In this document: positions 15,101-28,000 of the stretch, piece by piece | Numbering within the stretch: position 1 is the first letter of the stretch | Layout: every line of letters begins with the position of its first letter | Assembly: GCF_009914755.1 (NCBI RefSeq) | Contig: NC_060934.1 | Length of the DNA: 64,000 bases | Direction: 5' to 3' (one strand) | Origin: the human T2T-CHM13v2.0 reference genome, Homo sapiens | The notes under the pieces: model-generated | Told to the model about the DNA's origin: nothing | What the model saw: only the letters and a program-made list of their open reading frames with translations | Database searches by the model: none | Position numbers and translations under genes: made by a program

Positions 15101-18100
15101 GTAATGGAATGGATTGGAATCAACACGATTCCAATGCAACGGAATGGAATGGAATGGAAACAACTGGAATGGAATGAAATGGAATGGAATGGAATGGAAT
15201 CAACCCGAGTGGAATGGAATGGAATGGAATGGAATGGAATGGAATGGAATGGAATGGAATGGAATGAAATGGAATGGAATGGAATGGAATGAAATGGAGT
15301 GGAATGTAATGAAATGGAATGGAGTGGAATGGTATAAACACCAGTGGAATGGAATGGAATGGAATGGAATGGAATGGACTAGAATGGAATGGAATGGAAT
15401 GGAATGGAATGGAATGGAATGGAATGGACTAGAATGGAATGGAATGGAATGGAATCAACCCGAGTGGAAAGGAATGGAATGGAAAAGAAAGGAATGGAAA
15501 GGAAAGGAATGGAATGCAATGGAATGCAATGGTATGGAATGGAGTCATCCCGAGTGGAATGGAATGGAATGCAATGGAATGAAATGGAATGGAATGGAAT
15601 GCAATGGAATGGAGTGGAATGGAATAAACACCAGTGGAATGGAATGGAATGGAGTGGAATGGAATGGAATGGAATGGAATGGAATGGAATGGAATGGATA
15701 GGGATGGAATGGAATGGAATGGAATGGAGTGGAATGAAATAAACCCGATTGGAATGGAATGGAATGGAATGGAATGGAATGGAATGGAATGGAAAGGAAT
15801 GGAGCTAACCCGAGTAGAGTGCAATGCAATGGAATGGAATGGAATGGAATGGAGTGAAATGAACCCGAATGGAATGGATTGGAATAGAGGGGAATTGAGT
15901 GGAACGACATGGAATGCAATGAAATCAACCACAATGGAATGGAATGGAATGGAATGGACAGGAATGGAATGGAATGGAATGGAATGCAATGGAGAATAAT
16001 GGACTAGAATGGAATGGATTGGAATGAAATCAACCCGATTGGAATGTAATGGAATGCAATGGAATGGAATGGAATCAACTGGAAAGGAATCAAATGGAAC
16101 GGAATGGAATGGAATGGAATGGAATCAACCCGAGTGGAATGCAATGGAATTTAAATGGAATGGAATGGAATGGAATGGAATCAACCCGAGTGGAATGGAT
16201 TGGAATGGAGTGGAATGGAATGGAACGGCATGGAATGCAATGGAATCAACAAGAATGGAATGGAATGGAATGCATTGGAATGGAATCGAACTAAATCAAC
16301 CTGAGTGGAATGGAATGGAATGGAATAAATGGAATGGAATGGAATGGAAACTAATGGAATGGAATGGAAAGGAAACAACTCGAGTGGAATGGAATGCAAT
16401 GGAATGGAATGGAATGGAATGGAATGAAATGTAATGGAAACAAACCGAGTGGAATGTAATGGAATGGAAAGGACTGGAATGTAATGGAATGGATTGGAAT
16501 CAACCCGATTCCAATGCAACGGAATGGAATGTAATGGAATAAACAGGAAATTAATGGAATGGAATGGAATGGAATGGAATGGAATGGAATAGAATGGAAT
16601 AGAATGAAATCAACCCTATTGGAATAGAATGGAATGCAATGAAATGGAATGGAATCAACTGGAAAGGAATGAAATGAATGGAATGGATTGGAATGGAATG
16701 GAATGGAATGGGAAGTTATGGAATGGAATCAACCCGAGTAGAATGCAATGGAATGGAACGGAATGGAATGGAATGGAATGCAATGGAATGGAATGGAATG
16801 GAATTGAATGAAATGGAATGGAATGGAATGGAATGGAATGGAATGGAATGGAATGGAATGCAATGGAATGGAATGGAATGGAATTGAATGAAATGGAATG
16901 GAATGGAATGGAATGGAATGAAATGGAATGGAATGGATTGAAATGGAATGGAGTGGAATGGTATAAACACCAGTTGAATGGAATGGAACGGAATGGATTG
17001 GAATGGAATGGAATGGACAGGAACGGAATGAAATTGAATGGAATGGCATGGAATGGAATGGAATGGAATGGAATGGAATGGAATGAAATCAACACGAGTT
17101 GAATGGAATGGAATGGAATGTCATGGAATGGAATTCAATGTAATGGAAACAAACCGAGTGGAATGTAATGGAATGGAAAGGTCTGGAATGTAATGGAATG
17201 GATTGGAATCAACACGATTTAAATGCAACGGAACGGAATGGAATGGATTGGAATGCAAGGGAATGGAATGCAATGGAAAGGAATGGAATGAACTGGAATG
17301 GAATGGAATGGAATGGAATTTAATGGAATGGAATGGAATGCAATCAAAGCGAGTGGAGTCGAATGGAATTGAAAGAAAATGAATAGAATGGAATGGAATG
17401 GAATGGAATGGAATGCAATGGAATGCAATGGAATGGAATAGAATGAACCCGAGTGGAATGGAATGGAATGGAAAGGCACGGAATGGAATGGAATGGAATG
17501 CAATGGAATCAACCTCAGTGGAATGGAGTGGAATGGAAACCACCCGAGTGGAATTGAATGGAGTGGAATGCAATGGAATGGAATGGAGTGGAAGGCATTA
17601 GAATCAACTTCAATGGAATGGAATGGAATGGAATGGAATGGAATGGAATGGAATGGAATCAACACCAGTGGAATTGAATGCATTACAATGGAATGGAAAG
17701 GAATCAATCCGTGTGGAATGGTATGGAATGGAATGGAATATAATGGAATGGAATGGAATCAATCCGCTTGGAATGGAATGGAATGGAATGGAACGGAATG
17801 GAATGGAATGAAATCAACCCGCATGGAACGGAAGGGAATGGAGTCGAAAGGAATCGAAAGGAATGTAATGTAAAGGAATCAACCCGAATGGACAGGAATG
17901 GAATGGAATGGAATCGAATGGAATGAAATGGAATGGAATGGAATGGAATGGAATGGAATGGAATGGAATGGAATGCTACGGAATCAACCTGAGTGGAATG
18001 GAAATAAATGGACTGGAACGGTATGGAATGGAATGGAATAGAATGGAATCAACCACAGTGGAATGGAATGGAATGGAATGGAATCAACCAAAGTGGAATG

Positions 18101-19731
18101 GAATTGAATGGAATGCAAAGGAATCCAACCGAGTGGAATGGAATGGAATCAACCAAAGTGGAATGGAATGGAATGGATGCAACGGAATCAAACCATTAGA
18201 ATGGAATGGAAAGGAATGGAATGGAATGGCATGGAATGGAAAGGAATGGAATGGAATCAACCTGACTGGCATGGAAAGGAATGGAAAGGAATGGAATGGA
18301 ATGGAATGGTATGGAATAGAATGGAATGGAACGAAATGGAATGGAATGGAATGGAATCAACCCGAGTGGAATGCAATGGAATTAAAATGGAATGGAATGG
18401 AATGGAATGGAATCAACCCGAGTGGAATGGATTGGAATGGAGTGGAATGGAATGGAACGGCATGGAATGCAATGGAATCAACAAAAATGGAATGGAATGG
18501 AATGGATTGGAATGGAATCGAACGGAATCAACCTGAGTGGAATGGAATGGAATGGAATGAATGGAATGGAAGGGAATGGAAACGAATGGAATGGAAAGGA
18601 AAGGAAACAACTCGAGTGGAATGGAATGCAATGGAATGGAATAGAATGGAATGGAACTCAATGCAATGGAAACAAACCGAGTGGAATGTAATGGAATGGA
18701 AAGGACTGGAATGTAATGGAATGGATTAGAATCAATGCGATTCCAATGCAACGGAATGGAATGTAATGGAATAGACAGGAAATTAATGGAATGGAATGGA
18801 ATGGAATGGAATGGAATAGAATGGAGTGGAATACAATGGAATGGAATGGAATGGAATGAAATCAACCCGATTGGAATGGAATGGAATGCAATGAAATGGA
18901 ATGGAATCAACTGCAAAGGAATGAAATGAATGGAATGGATAGGAATGGAATGGAATGGAATTGAATGGGAAGTTATGGAATGGAATCAACCCGAGAAGAA
19001 TGCAATGGAATGGAATGGAATGGAATGGTATGGAATGGAATGGAATAGAATCAACCCGAGTGGAATGGAATGGCATGGAATGGAATGGAATGGAATTGAA
19101 TGGAATGGAATGGAATCAACACGAGGGCAATGGAATGGAATGGAATGGAATGGAATGGACAGGAATGGAATGGAATGGAATGAAATCATCCCGATTGGAA
19201 TGGAGTGGAATGCAATGGAATGGAATGGAATCAACTGGAAAGGAATGGAATGGAATGGAATGGAATGGAATGGAATGGAATGGAATCAACCCGAGTGGAA
19301 TGCAATGGAATGGAAAGGAATGGAATAGAATCAACCCGAGTGGAATGGATTGGAATGGAGTGGAATGGAATGGAATGGCATGGAATGCAATGGAATCAAC
19401 TAGAACGGAATGCAATGGAATGGAATGGAATAAACAAGAGTGAAATGGAATGGAATGGAATGGAATGATATGGAATGGAATAGAATGGAATGGAATCAAC
19501 TCGAGTGGAAAGGAATGGAATGGAAAGGAATGGAATGGAATGGAATGAAATGGAATGGAATGGAATGGAATGGAATGAAATGGAATGGAATGGAATGGAA
19601 TGGAATGGAATGAAATGGAATGGAGTGGAATGGTGTAAACACCAGTGGAATGGAATGGAATGGAATGGATTGGAATGGAATGGAATGGACAGGAATGGAA
19701 TGGAATGGAATGGAATGGAATGGAATGGAAT

Positions 19732-19738
19732 TGACTCA
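19732..19738 (+). promoter_or_regulatory. Perfect AP-1 consensus TGACTCA, copy B (motif match only)
   Basis: Same context as 14731, offset 5001. Confidence 0.35.
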
Positions 19739-20086
19739 AATGGAATGGAATGGAATGAAATCAACCCGATTGGAATGGAATGGAATGCAATGGAATGGAA
19801 TGGAATCAACTGGAAAGGAATGAAATGAAATGGAATGGAATGGAATGGAATGGAAAGGAATGGAATGGAATGGAATGGAAACAACCCGAGTGGAATGCAA
19901 TGGGATGGAATGGAATGGAATGGAACGGAATCAACCTGAGTGGAATGGAATGGAATGGAATGGAATGAAATCAACTGGAGTTGAATGGAATGGAATGGAA
20001 TGGAATGGAATGGAATGGAATGGAATGGAATGGCATGGAATGGAATACAAAGTAATGGAAACAAACCGAGTGGAATGTAATGGAAT

Positions 20087-20101
20087 GGAAAGTTCTGGAA
20101 T
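20087..20101 (+). promoter_or_regulatory. Perfect 3-unit heat shock element, copy B (motif match only)
   Basis: GGAAAGTTCTGGAAT, offset 5001 from copy A. Confidence 0.45.
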
Positions 20102-23100
20102 GTAATGGAATGGATTGGAATCAACACGATTCCAATGCAACGGAATGGAATGGAATGGAAACAACTGGAATGGAATGAAATGGAATGGAATGGAATGGAA
20201 TCAACCCGAGTGGAATGGAATGGAATGGAATGGAATGGAATGGAATGGAATGGAATGGAATGGAATGAAATGGAATGGAATGGAATGGAATGAAATGGAG
20301 TGGAATGTAATGAAATGGAATGGAGTGGAATGGTATAAACACCAGTGGAATGGAATGGAATGGAATGGAATGGAATGGACTAGAATGGAATGGAATGGAA
20401 TGGAATGGAATGGAATGGAATGGAATGGACTAGAATGGAATGGAATGGAATGGAATCAACCCGAGTGGAAAGGAATGGAATGGAAAAGAAAGGAATGGAA
20501 AGGAAAGGAATGGAATGCAATGGAATGCAATGGTATGGAATGGAGTCATCCCGAGTGGAATGGAATGGAATGCAATGGAATGAAATGGAATGGAATGGAA
20601 TGCAATGGAATGGAGTGGAATGGAATAAACACCAGTGGAATGGAATGGAATGGAGTGGAATGGAATGGAATGGAATGGAATGGAATGGAATGGAATGGAT
20701 AGGGATGGAATGGAATGGAATGGAATGGAGTGGAATGAAATAAACCCGATTGGAATGGAATGGAATGGAATGGAATGGAATGGAATGGAATGGAAAGGAA
20801 TGGAGCTAACCCGAGTAGAGTGCAATGCAATGGAATGGAATGGAATGGAATGGAGTGAAATGAACCCGAATGGAATGGATTGGAATAGAGGGGAATTGAG
20901 TGGAACGACATGGAATGCAATGAAATCAACCACAATGGAATGGAATGGAATGGAATGGACAGGAATGGAATGGAATGGAATGGAATGCAATGGAGAATAA
21001 TGGACTAGAATGGAATGGATTGGAATGAAATCAACCCGATTGGAATGTAATGGAATGCAATGGAATGGAATGGAATCAACTGGAAAGGAATCAAATGGAA
21101 CGGAATGGAATGGAATGGAATGGAATCAACCCGAGTGGAATGCAATGGAATTTAAATGGAATGGAATGGAATGGAATGGAATCAACCCGAGTGGAATGGA
21201 TTGGAATGGAGTGGAATGGAATGGAACGGCATGGAATGCAATGGAATCAACAAGAATGGAATGGAATGGAATGCATTGGAATGGAATCGAACTAAATCAA
21301 CCTGAGTGGAATGGAATGGAATGGAATAAATGGAATGGAATGGAATGGAAACTAATGGAATGGAATGGAAAGGAAACAACTCGAGTGGAATGGAATGCAA
21401 TGGAATGGAATGGAATGGAATGGAATGAAATGTAATGGAAACAAACCGAGTGGAATGTAATGGAATGGAAAGGACTGGAATGTAATGGAATGGATTGGAA
21501 TCAACCCGATTCCAATGCAACGGAATGGAATGTAATGGAATAAACAGGAAATTAATGGAATGGAATGGAATGGAATGGAATGGAATGGAATAGAATGGAA
21601 TAGAATGAAATCAACCCTATTGGAATAGAATGGAATGCAATGAAATGGAATGGAATCAACTGGAAAGGAATGAAATGAATGGAATGGATTGGAATGGAAT
21701 GGAATGGAATGGGAAGTTATGGAATGGAATCAACCCGAGTAGAATGCAATGGAATGGAACGGAATGGAATGGAATGGAATGCAATGGAATGGAATGGAAT
21801 GGAATTGAATGAAATGGAATGGAATGGAATGGAATGGAATGGAATGGAATGGAATGCAATGGAATGGAATGGAATGGAATTGAATGAAATGGAATGGAAT
21901 GGAATGGAATGGAATGAAATGGAATGGAATGGATTGAAATGGAATGGAGTGGAATGGTATAAACACCAGTTGAATGGAATGGAACGGAATGGATTGGAAT
22001 GGAATGGAATGGACAGGAACGGAATGAAATTGAATGGAATGGCATGGAATGGAATGGAATGGAATGGAATGGAATGGAATGAAATCAACACGAGTTGAAT
22101 GGAATGGAATGGAATGTCATGGAATGGAATTCAATGTAATGGAAACAAACCGAGTGGAATGTAATGGAATGGAAAGGTCTGGAATGTAATGGAATGGATT
22201 GGAATCAACACGATTTAAATGCAACGGAACGGAATGGAATGGATTGGAATGCAAGGGAATGGAATGCAATGGAAAGGAATGGAATGAACTGGAATGGAAT
22301 GGAATGGAATGGAATTTAATGGAATGGAATGGAATGCAATCAAAGCGAGTGGAGTCGAATGGAATTGAAAGAAAATGAATAGAATGGAATGGAATGGAAT
22401 GGAATGGAATGGAATGCAATGGAATGCAATGGAATGGAATAGAATGAACCCGAGTGGAATGGAATGGAATGGAAAGGCACGGAATGGAATGGAATGGAAT
22501 GCAATGGAATCAACCTCAGTGGAATGGAGTGGAATGGAAACCACCCGAGTGGAATTGAATGGAGTGGAATGCAATGGAATGGAATGGAGTGGAAGGCATT
22601 AGAATCAACTTCAATGGAATGGAATGGAATGGAATGGAATGGAATGGAATGGAATGGAATCAACACCAGTGGAATTGAATGCATTACAATGGAATGGAAA
22701 GGAATCAATCCGTGTGGAATGGTATGGAATGGAATGGAATATAATGGAATGGAATGGAATCAATCCGCTTGGAATGGAATGGAATGGAATGGAACGGAAT
22801 GGAATGGAATGAAATCAACCCGCATGGAACGGAAGGGAATGGAGTCGAAAGGAATCGAAAGGAATGTAATGTAAAGGAATCAACCCGAATGGACAGGAAT
22901 GGAATGGAATGGAATCGAATGGAATGAAATGGAATGGAATGGAATGGAATGGAATGGAATGGAATGGAATGGAATGGAATGCTACGGAATCAACCTGAGT
23001 GGAATGGAAATAAATGGACTGGAACGGTATGGAATGGAATGGAATAGAATGGAATCAACCACAGTGGAATGGAATGGAATGGAATGGAATCAACCAAAGT

Positions 23101-24727
23101 GGAATGGAATTGAATGGAATGCAAAGGAATCCAACCGAGTGGAATGGAATGGAATCAACCAAAGTGGAATGGAATGGAATGGATGCAACGGAATCAAACC
23201 ATTAGAATGGAATGGAAAGGAATGGAATGGAATGGCATGGAATGGAAAGGAATGGAATGGAATCAACCTGACTGGCATGGAAAGGAATGGAAAGGAATGG
23301 AATGGAATGGAATGGTATGGAATAGAATGGAATGGAACGAAATGGAATGGAATGGAATGGAATCAACCCGAGTGGAATGCAATGGAATTAAAATGGAATG
23401 GAATGGAATGGAATGGAATCAACCCGAGTGGAATGGATTGGAATGGAGTGGAATGGAATGGAACGGCATGGAATGCAATGGAATCAACAAAAATGGAATG
23501 GAATGGAATGGATTGGAATGGAATCGAACGGAATCAACCTGAGTGGAATGGAATGGAATGGAATGAATGGAATGGAAGGGAATGGAAACGAATGGAATGG
23601 AAAGGAAAGGAAACAACTCGAGTGGAATGGAATGCAATGGAATGGAATAGAATGGAATGGAACTCAATGCAATGGAAACAAACCGAGTGGAATGTAATGG
23701 AATGGAAAGGACTGGAATGTAATGGAATGGATTAGAATCAACGCGATTCCAATGCAACGGAATGGAATGTAATGGAATAGACAGGAAATTAATGGAATGG
23801 AATGGAATGGAATGGAATGGAATAGAATGGAGTGGAATACAATGGAATGGAATGGAATGGAATGAAATCAACCCGATTGGAATGGAATGGAATGCAATGA
23901 AATGGAATGGAATCAACTGCAAAGGAATGAAATGAATGGAATGGATAGGAATGGAATGGAATGGAATTGAATGGGAAGTTATGGAATGGAATCAACCCGA
24001 GAAGAATGCAATGGAATGGAATGGAATGGAATGGTATGGAATGGAATGGAATAGAATCAACCCGAGTGGAATGGAATGGCATGGAATGGAATGGAATGGA
24101 ATTGAATGGAATGGAATGGAATCAACACGAGGGCAATGGAATGGAATGGAATGGACAGGAATGGAATGGAATGGAATGAAATCATCCCGATTGGAATGGA
24201 GTGGAATGCAATGGAATGGAATGGAATCAACTGGAAAGGAATGGAATGGAATGGAATGGAATGGAATGGAATGGAATGGAATCAACCCGAGTGGAATGCA
24301 ATGGAATGGAAAGGAATGGAATAGAATCAACCCGAGTGGAATGGATTGGAATGGAGTGGAATGGAATGGAATGGCATGGAATGCAATGGAATCAACTAGA
24401 ACGGAATGCAATGGAATGGAATGGAATAAACAAGAGTGAAATGGAATGGAATGGAATGGAATGATATGGAATGGAATAGAATGGAATGGAATCAACTCGA
24501 GTGGAAAGGAATGGAATGGAAAGGAATGGAATGGAATGGAATGAAATGGAATGGAATGGAATGGAATGGAATGAAATGGAATGGAATGGAATGGAATGGA
24601 ATGGAATGAAATGGAATGGAGTGGAATGGTGTAAACACCAGTGGAATGGAATGGAATGGAATGGATTGGAATGGAATGGAATGGACAGGAATGGAATGGA
24701 ATGGAATGGAATGGAATGGAATGGAAT

Positions 24728-24734
24728 TGACTCA
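24728..24734 (+). promoter_or_regulatory. Perfect AP-1 consensus TGACTCA, copy C (motif match only)
   Basis: Same context, offset 4996 from copy B. Confidence 0.35.
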
Positions 24735-25082
24735 AATGGAATGGAATGGAATGAAATCAACCCGATTGGAATGGAATGGAATGCAATGGAATGGAATGGA
24801 ATCAACTGGAAAGGAATGAAATGAAATGGAATGGAATGGAATGGAATGGAAAGGAATGGAATGGAATGGAATGGAAACAACCCGAGTGGAATGCAATGGG
24901 ATGGAATGGAATGGAATGGAACGGAATCAACCTGAGTGGAATGGAATGGAATGGAATGGAATGAAATCAACTGGAGTTGAATGGAATGGAATGGAATGGA
25001 ATGGAATGGAATGGAATGGAATGGAATGGCATGGAATGGAATACAAAGTAATGGAAACAAACCGAGTGGAATGTAATGGAAT

Positions 25083-25097
25083 GGAAAGTTCTGGAAT
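25083..25097 (+). promoter_or_regulatory. Perfect 3-unit heat shock element, copy C (motif match only)
   Basis: GGAAAGTTCTGGAAT, offset 4996 from copy B. Confidence 0.45.
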
Positions 25098-28000
25098 GTA
25101 ATGGAATGGATTGGAATCAACACGATTCCAATGCAACGGAATGGAATGGAATGGAAACAACTGGAATGGAATGAAATGGAATGGAATGGAATGGAATCAA
25201 CCCGAGTGGAATGGAATGGAATGGAATGGAATGGAATGGAATGGAATGGAATAGAATGGAATGGAATCAACCCGAGTGGAAAGGAATGGAATGGAAAGGA
25301 ATGGAATGGAAAGGAGAGGAATGGAATGCAATGGAATGCAATGGTATGGAACGGAGTCATCCCGAGAGGAATGGAATGGAATGCAATGGAATGAAATTGA
25401 ATGGAATGGAATGCAATGGAATGGAGTGGAATGCAATAAACACCAGTGGAATGGAATGGAATGGAATGGAAAGGAATGGAAGGGAATGGATAGGGATGGA
25501 ATGGAATGGAATGGAGTGCAATGAAATAAACCCGATTGGAATGGAATGGAATGGAATGGAATGGAATGGAGCTAACACGAGTAGAGTGCAATGCAATGGA
25601 ATGGAATGGAATGGAATGGAATGAAATCAACCCGAATGGAATGGATTGGAATAGAGTGGAATTGAGTGGAACGGCATGGAATGCAATGAAATGAACTACA
25701 ATGGAATGGAATGGAATGGACAGGAATGGAATGGAATGGAATGGTATGCAATGGCGAATAATGGAATAGAATGGAATGGAATGGAATGAAATCAACCCGA
25801 GTGGAATGTAATGAAATGCAATGGAATGGAATGGAATCAACTGGTAAGGAATCAAATGGAACGGAATGGAATGGAATGGAATGGAATGGAATGGACTGGA
25901 ATGGAATCAACCCGAGTGGAATACAATGGAATTTAAATGGAATGGAATGGAATGGAATGGAATCAACCCGAGTGGAATGGATTGGAATGGAGTGGAATGG
26001 AATGGAATGGCATGGAATGCAATGGAATCAACAAGAATGGAATGGAATGGAATGGATTGGAATGGAATCGAACGGAATCAACCTGAGTGGAATGGAATGG
26101 AATGGAATGAATGGAATGCTATGGAATCAACTTGAGTGGAATGGAAATAAATGGACTGGAACGGTATGGAATGGAATGGAATAGAATGGAATCAACCACA
26201 GTGGAATGGAATGGAATGGAATGGAATCAACCAAAGTGGAATGGAATTGAATGGAATGCAAAGAAATCAAACCGAGTGGAATGGAATGGAATCAACCAAA
26301 GTGGAATGGAATGGAATGGATGCAACGGAATCAAACCATTAGAATGGAATGGAAAGGAATGGAATGGAATCAACCTGACTGGCATGGAATGGAATGGAAA
26401 GGAATGGAATGGAATGGAATGGTATGGAATAGAATGGAATGGAATGAAATGGAATGGAATGGAATGGAATCAACCCGAGTGGAATGCAATGGAATTAAAA
26501 TGGAATGGAATGGAATGGAATGGAATCAACCCGAGTGGAATGGATTTGAATGGAGTGGAATGGAATGGAACGGCATGGAATGCAATGGAATCAACAAGAA
26601 TGGAATGGATTGGAATGGAATCGAACGGAATCAACCTGAGTGGAATGGAATGGAATGGAATGAATGGAATGCTACGGAATCCACCTGAGTGGAATGGAAA
26701 TAAATAGACTGGAACGGTATGGAATGGAATGGAATAGAATGGAATCAACCACATTGGAATGGAATGGAATGGAATGGAATCAACCAAAGTGGAATGGAAT
26801 TGAATTAAATGCAAAGGAATCAAACCGAGTGGAATGGAATGGAATCAACAAGAATGGAATGGAATGCAATGGATTGGAATGGAATCGAACGGAATCAAGC
26901 TGAGTGGAATGGAATGGAATGGAAGGAATGGAATGGAATGGAATGGAAACAAATGGAATGGAAAGGAAAGGAAACAACTCGAGTGGAATGGAATGGAACG
27001 GCATGGAATGCAATGGAATCAACAAGAATGGAATGGAATGGAATGGATTGGAATGGAATCGAACGGAATCAACCTGAGTGGAATGGAATGGAATGGAATG
27101 AATGGAATGGAATGGAATGGAATGGAAACTAATGGAATGGAATGGAAAGGAAACAACTGGAGTGGAATGGAATGCAATGGAATGGAATGGAATGGAATGG
27201 AACTCAACGCAGTGGAAACAAACCGAGTGGAATGTAATGGAATCGAAAGGACTGGAATGTAATGGAATGGATTAGAATCAACCGATTCCAATGCAACGGA
27301 ATGGAATGTAATGGAATAGACAGGAAATTAATGCAATGGAATGGAATGGAATGGAATGGAATGGAATGGAATGGAATAGAGTGGAATGGAATACAATGGA
27401 ATGGAATGGAAAGGAATGAAATCAACCTGATTGGAATGGAATGGAATGCAATGAAATGGAATGGAATCAACTGGAAAGGAATGAAATGAATGGAATGGAT
27501 AGGAATGGAATGGAATGGAATTGAATGGGAAGTTATGGAATGGAATCAACCCGACAAGAATGCAATGGAATGGAATGGAATGGAATGGTATGGAATGGAA
27601 TGGAATAGAATCAACCCGAGTGGAATGGAATGGCATGGAATGGAATGGAATGGAATTGAATGGAATGGAATGGAATCAACCCGAGTGCAATGGAATGGAA
27701 TGGAATGGAATGGAATGGACAGGAATGGAATGGAATGGAATGAAATCATCCCGATTGGAATGGAGTGGAATGCCATGGAGTGGAATGGAATCAAATGGAA
27801 AGCAATGAAATGATAATGTAATGGAAGGGAATGCAATGGAATGGAATGGAATCAACCCGAGTGGAATGCAATGGAATGGAAAGGAATGGAATAGAATCAA
27901 CCCGAGTGGAATGGATTGGAATGGAGTGGAATGGAATGGAACGGCATGGAATGCAATGGAATCAACTAGAACGGAATGCAATGGAATGGAATGGAATAAA

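Larger units (their letters stand above)
10225..25250 (+). repeat. Higher-order repeat: ~5.0 kb unit x3 (A ~10225-15225, B ~15225-20225, C ~20225-25250), nearly identical copies
   Basis: The ORF track repeats with offsets of 4996-5006 (11003/16009/21010; 13007/18008/23014; 14489/19490/24486). Unique markers include TTGACTCAAA, AAAGTTCTGG and CAACTGCAAAGG, each seen once per copy. Confidence 0.96.
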
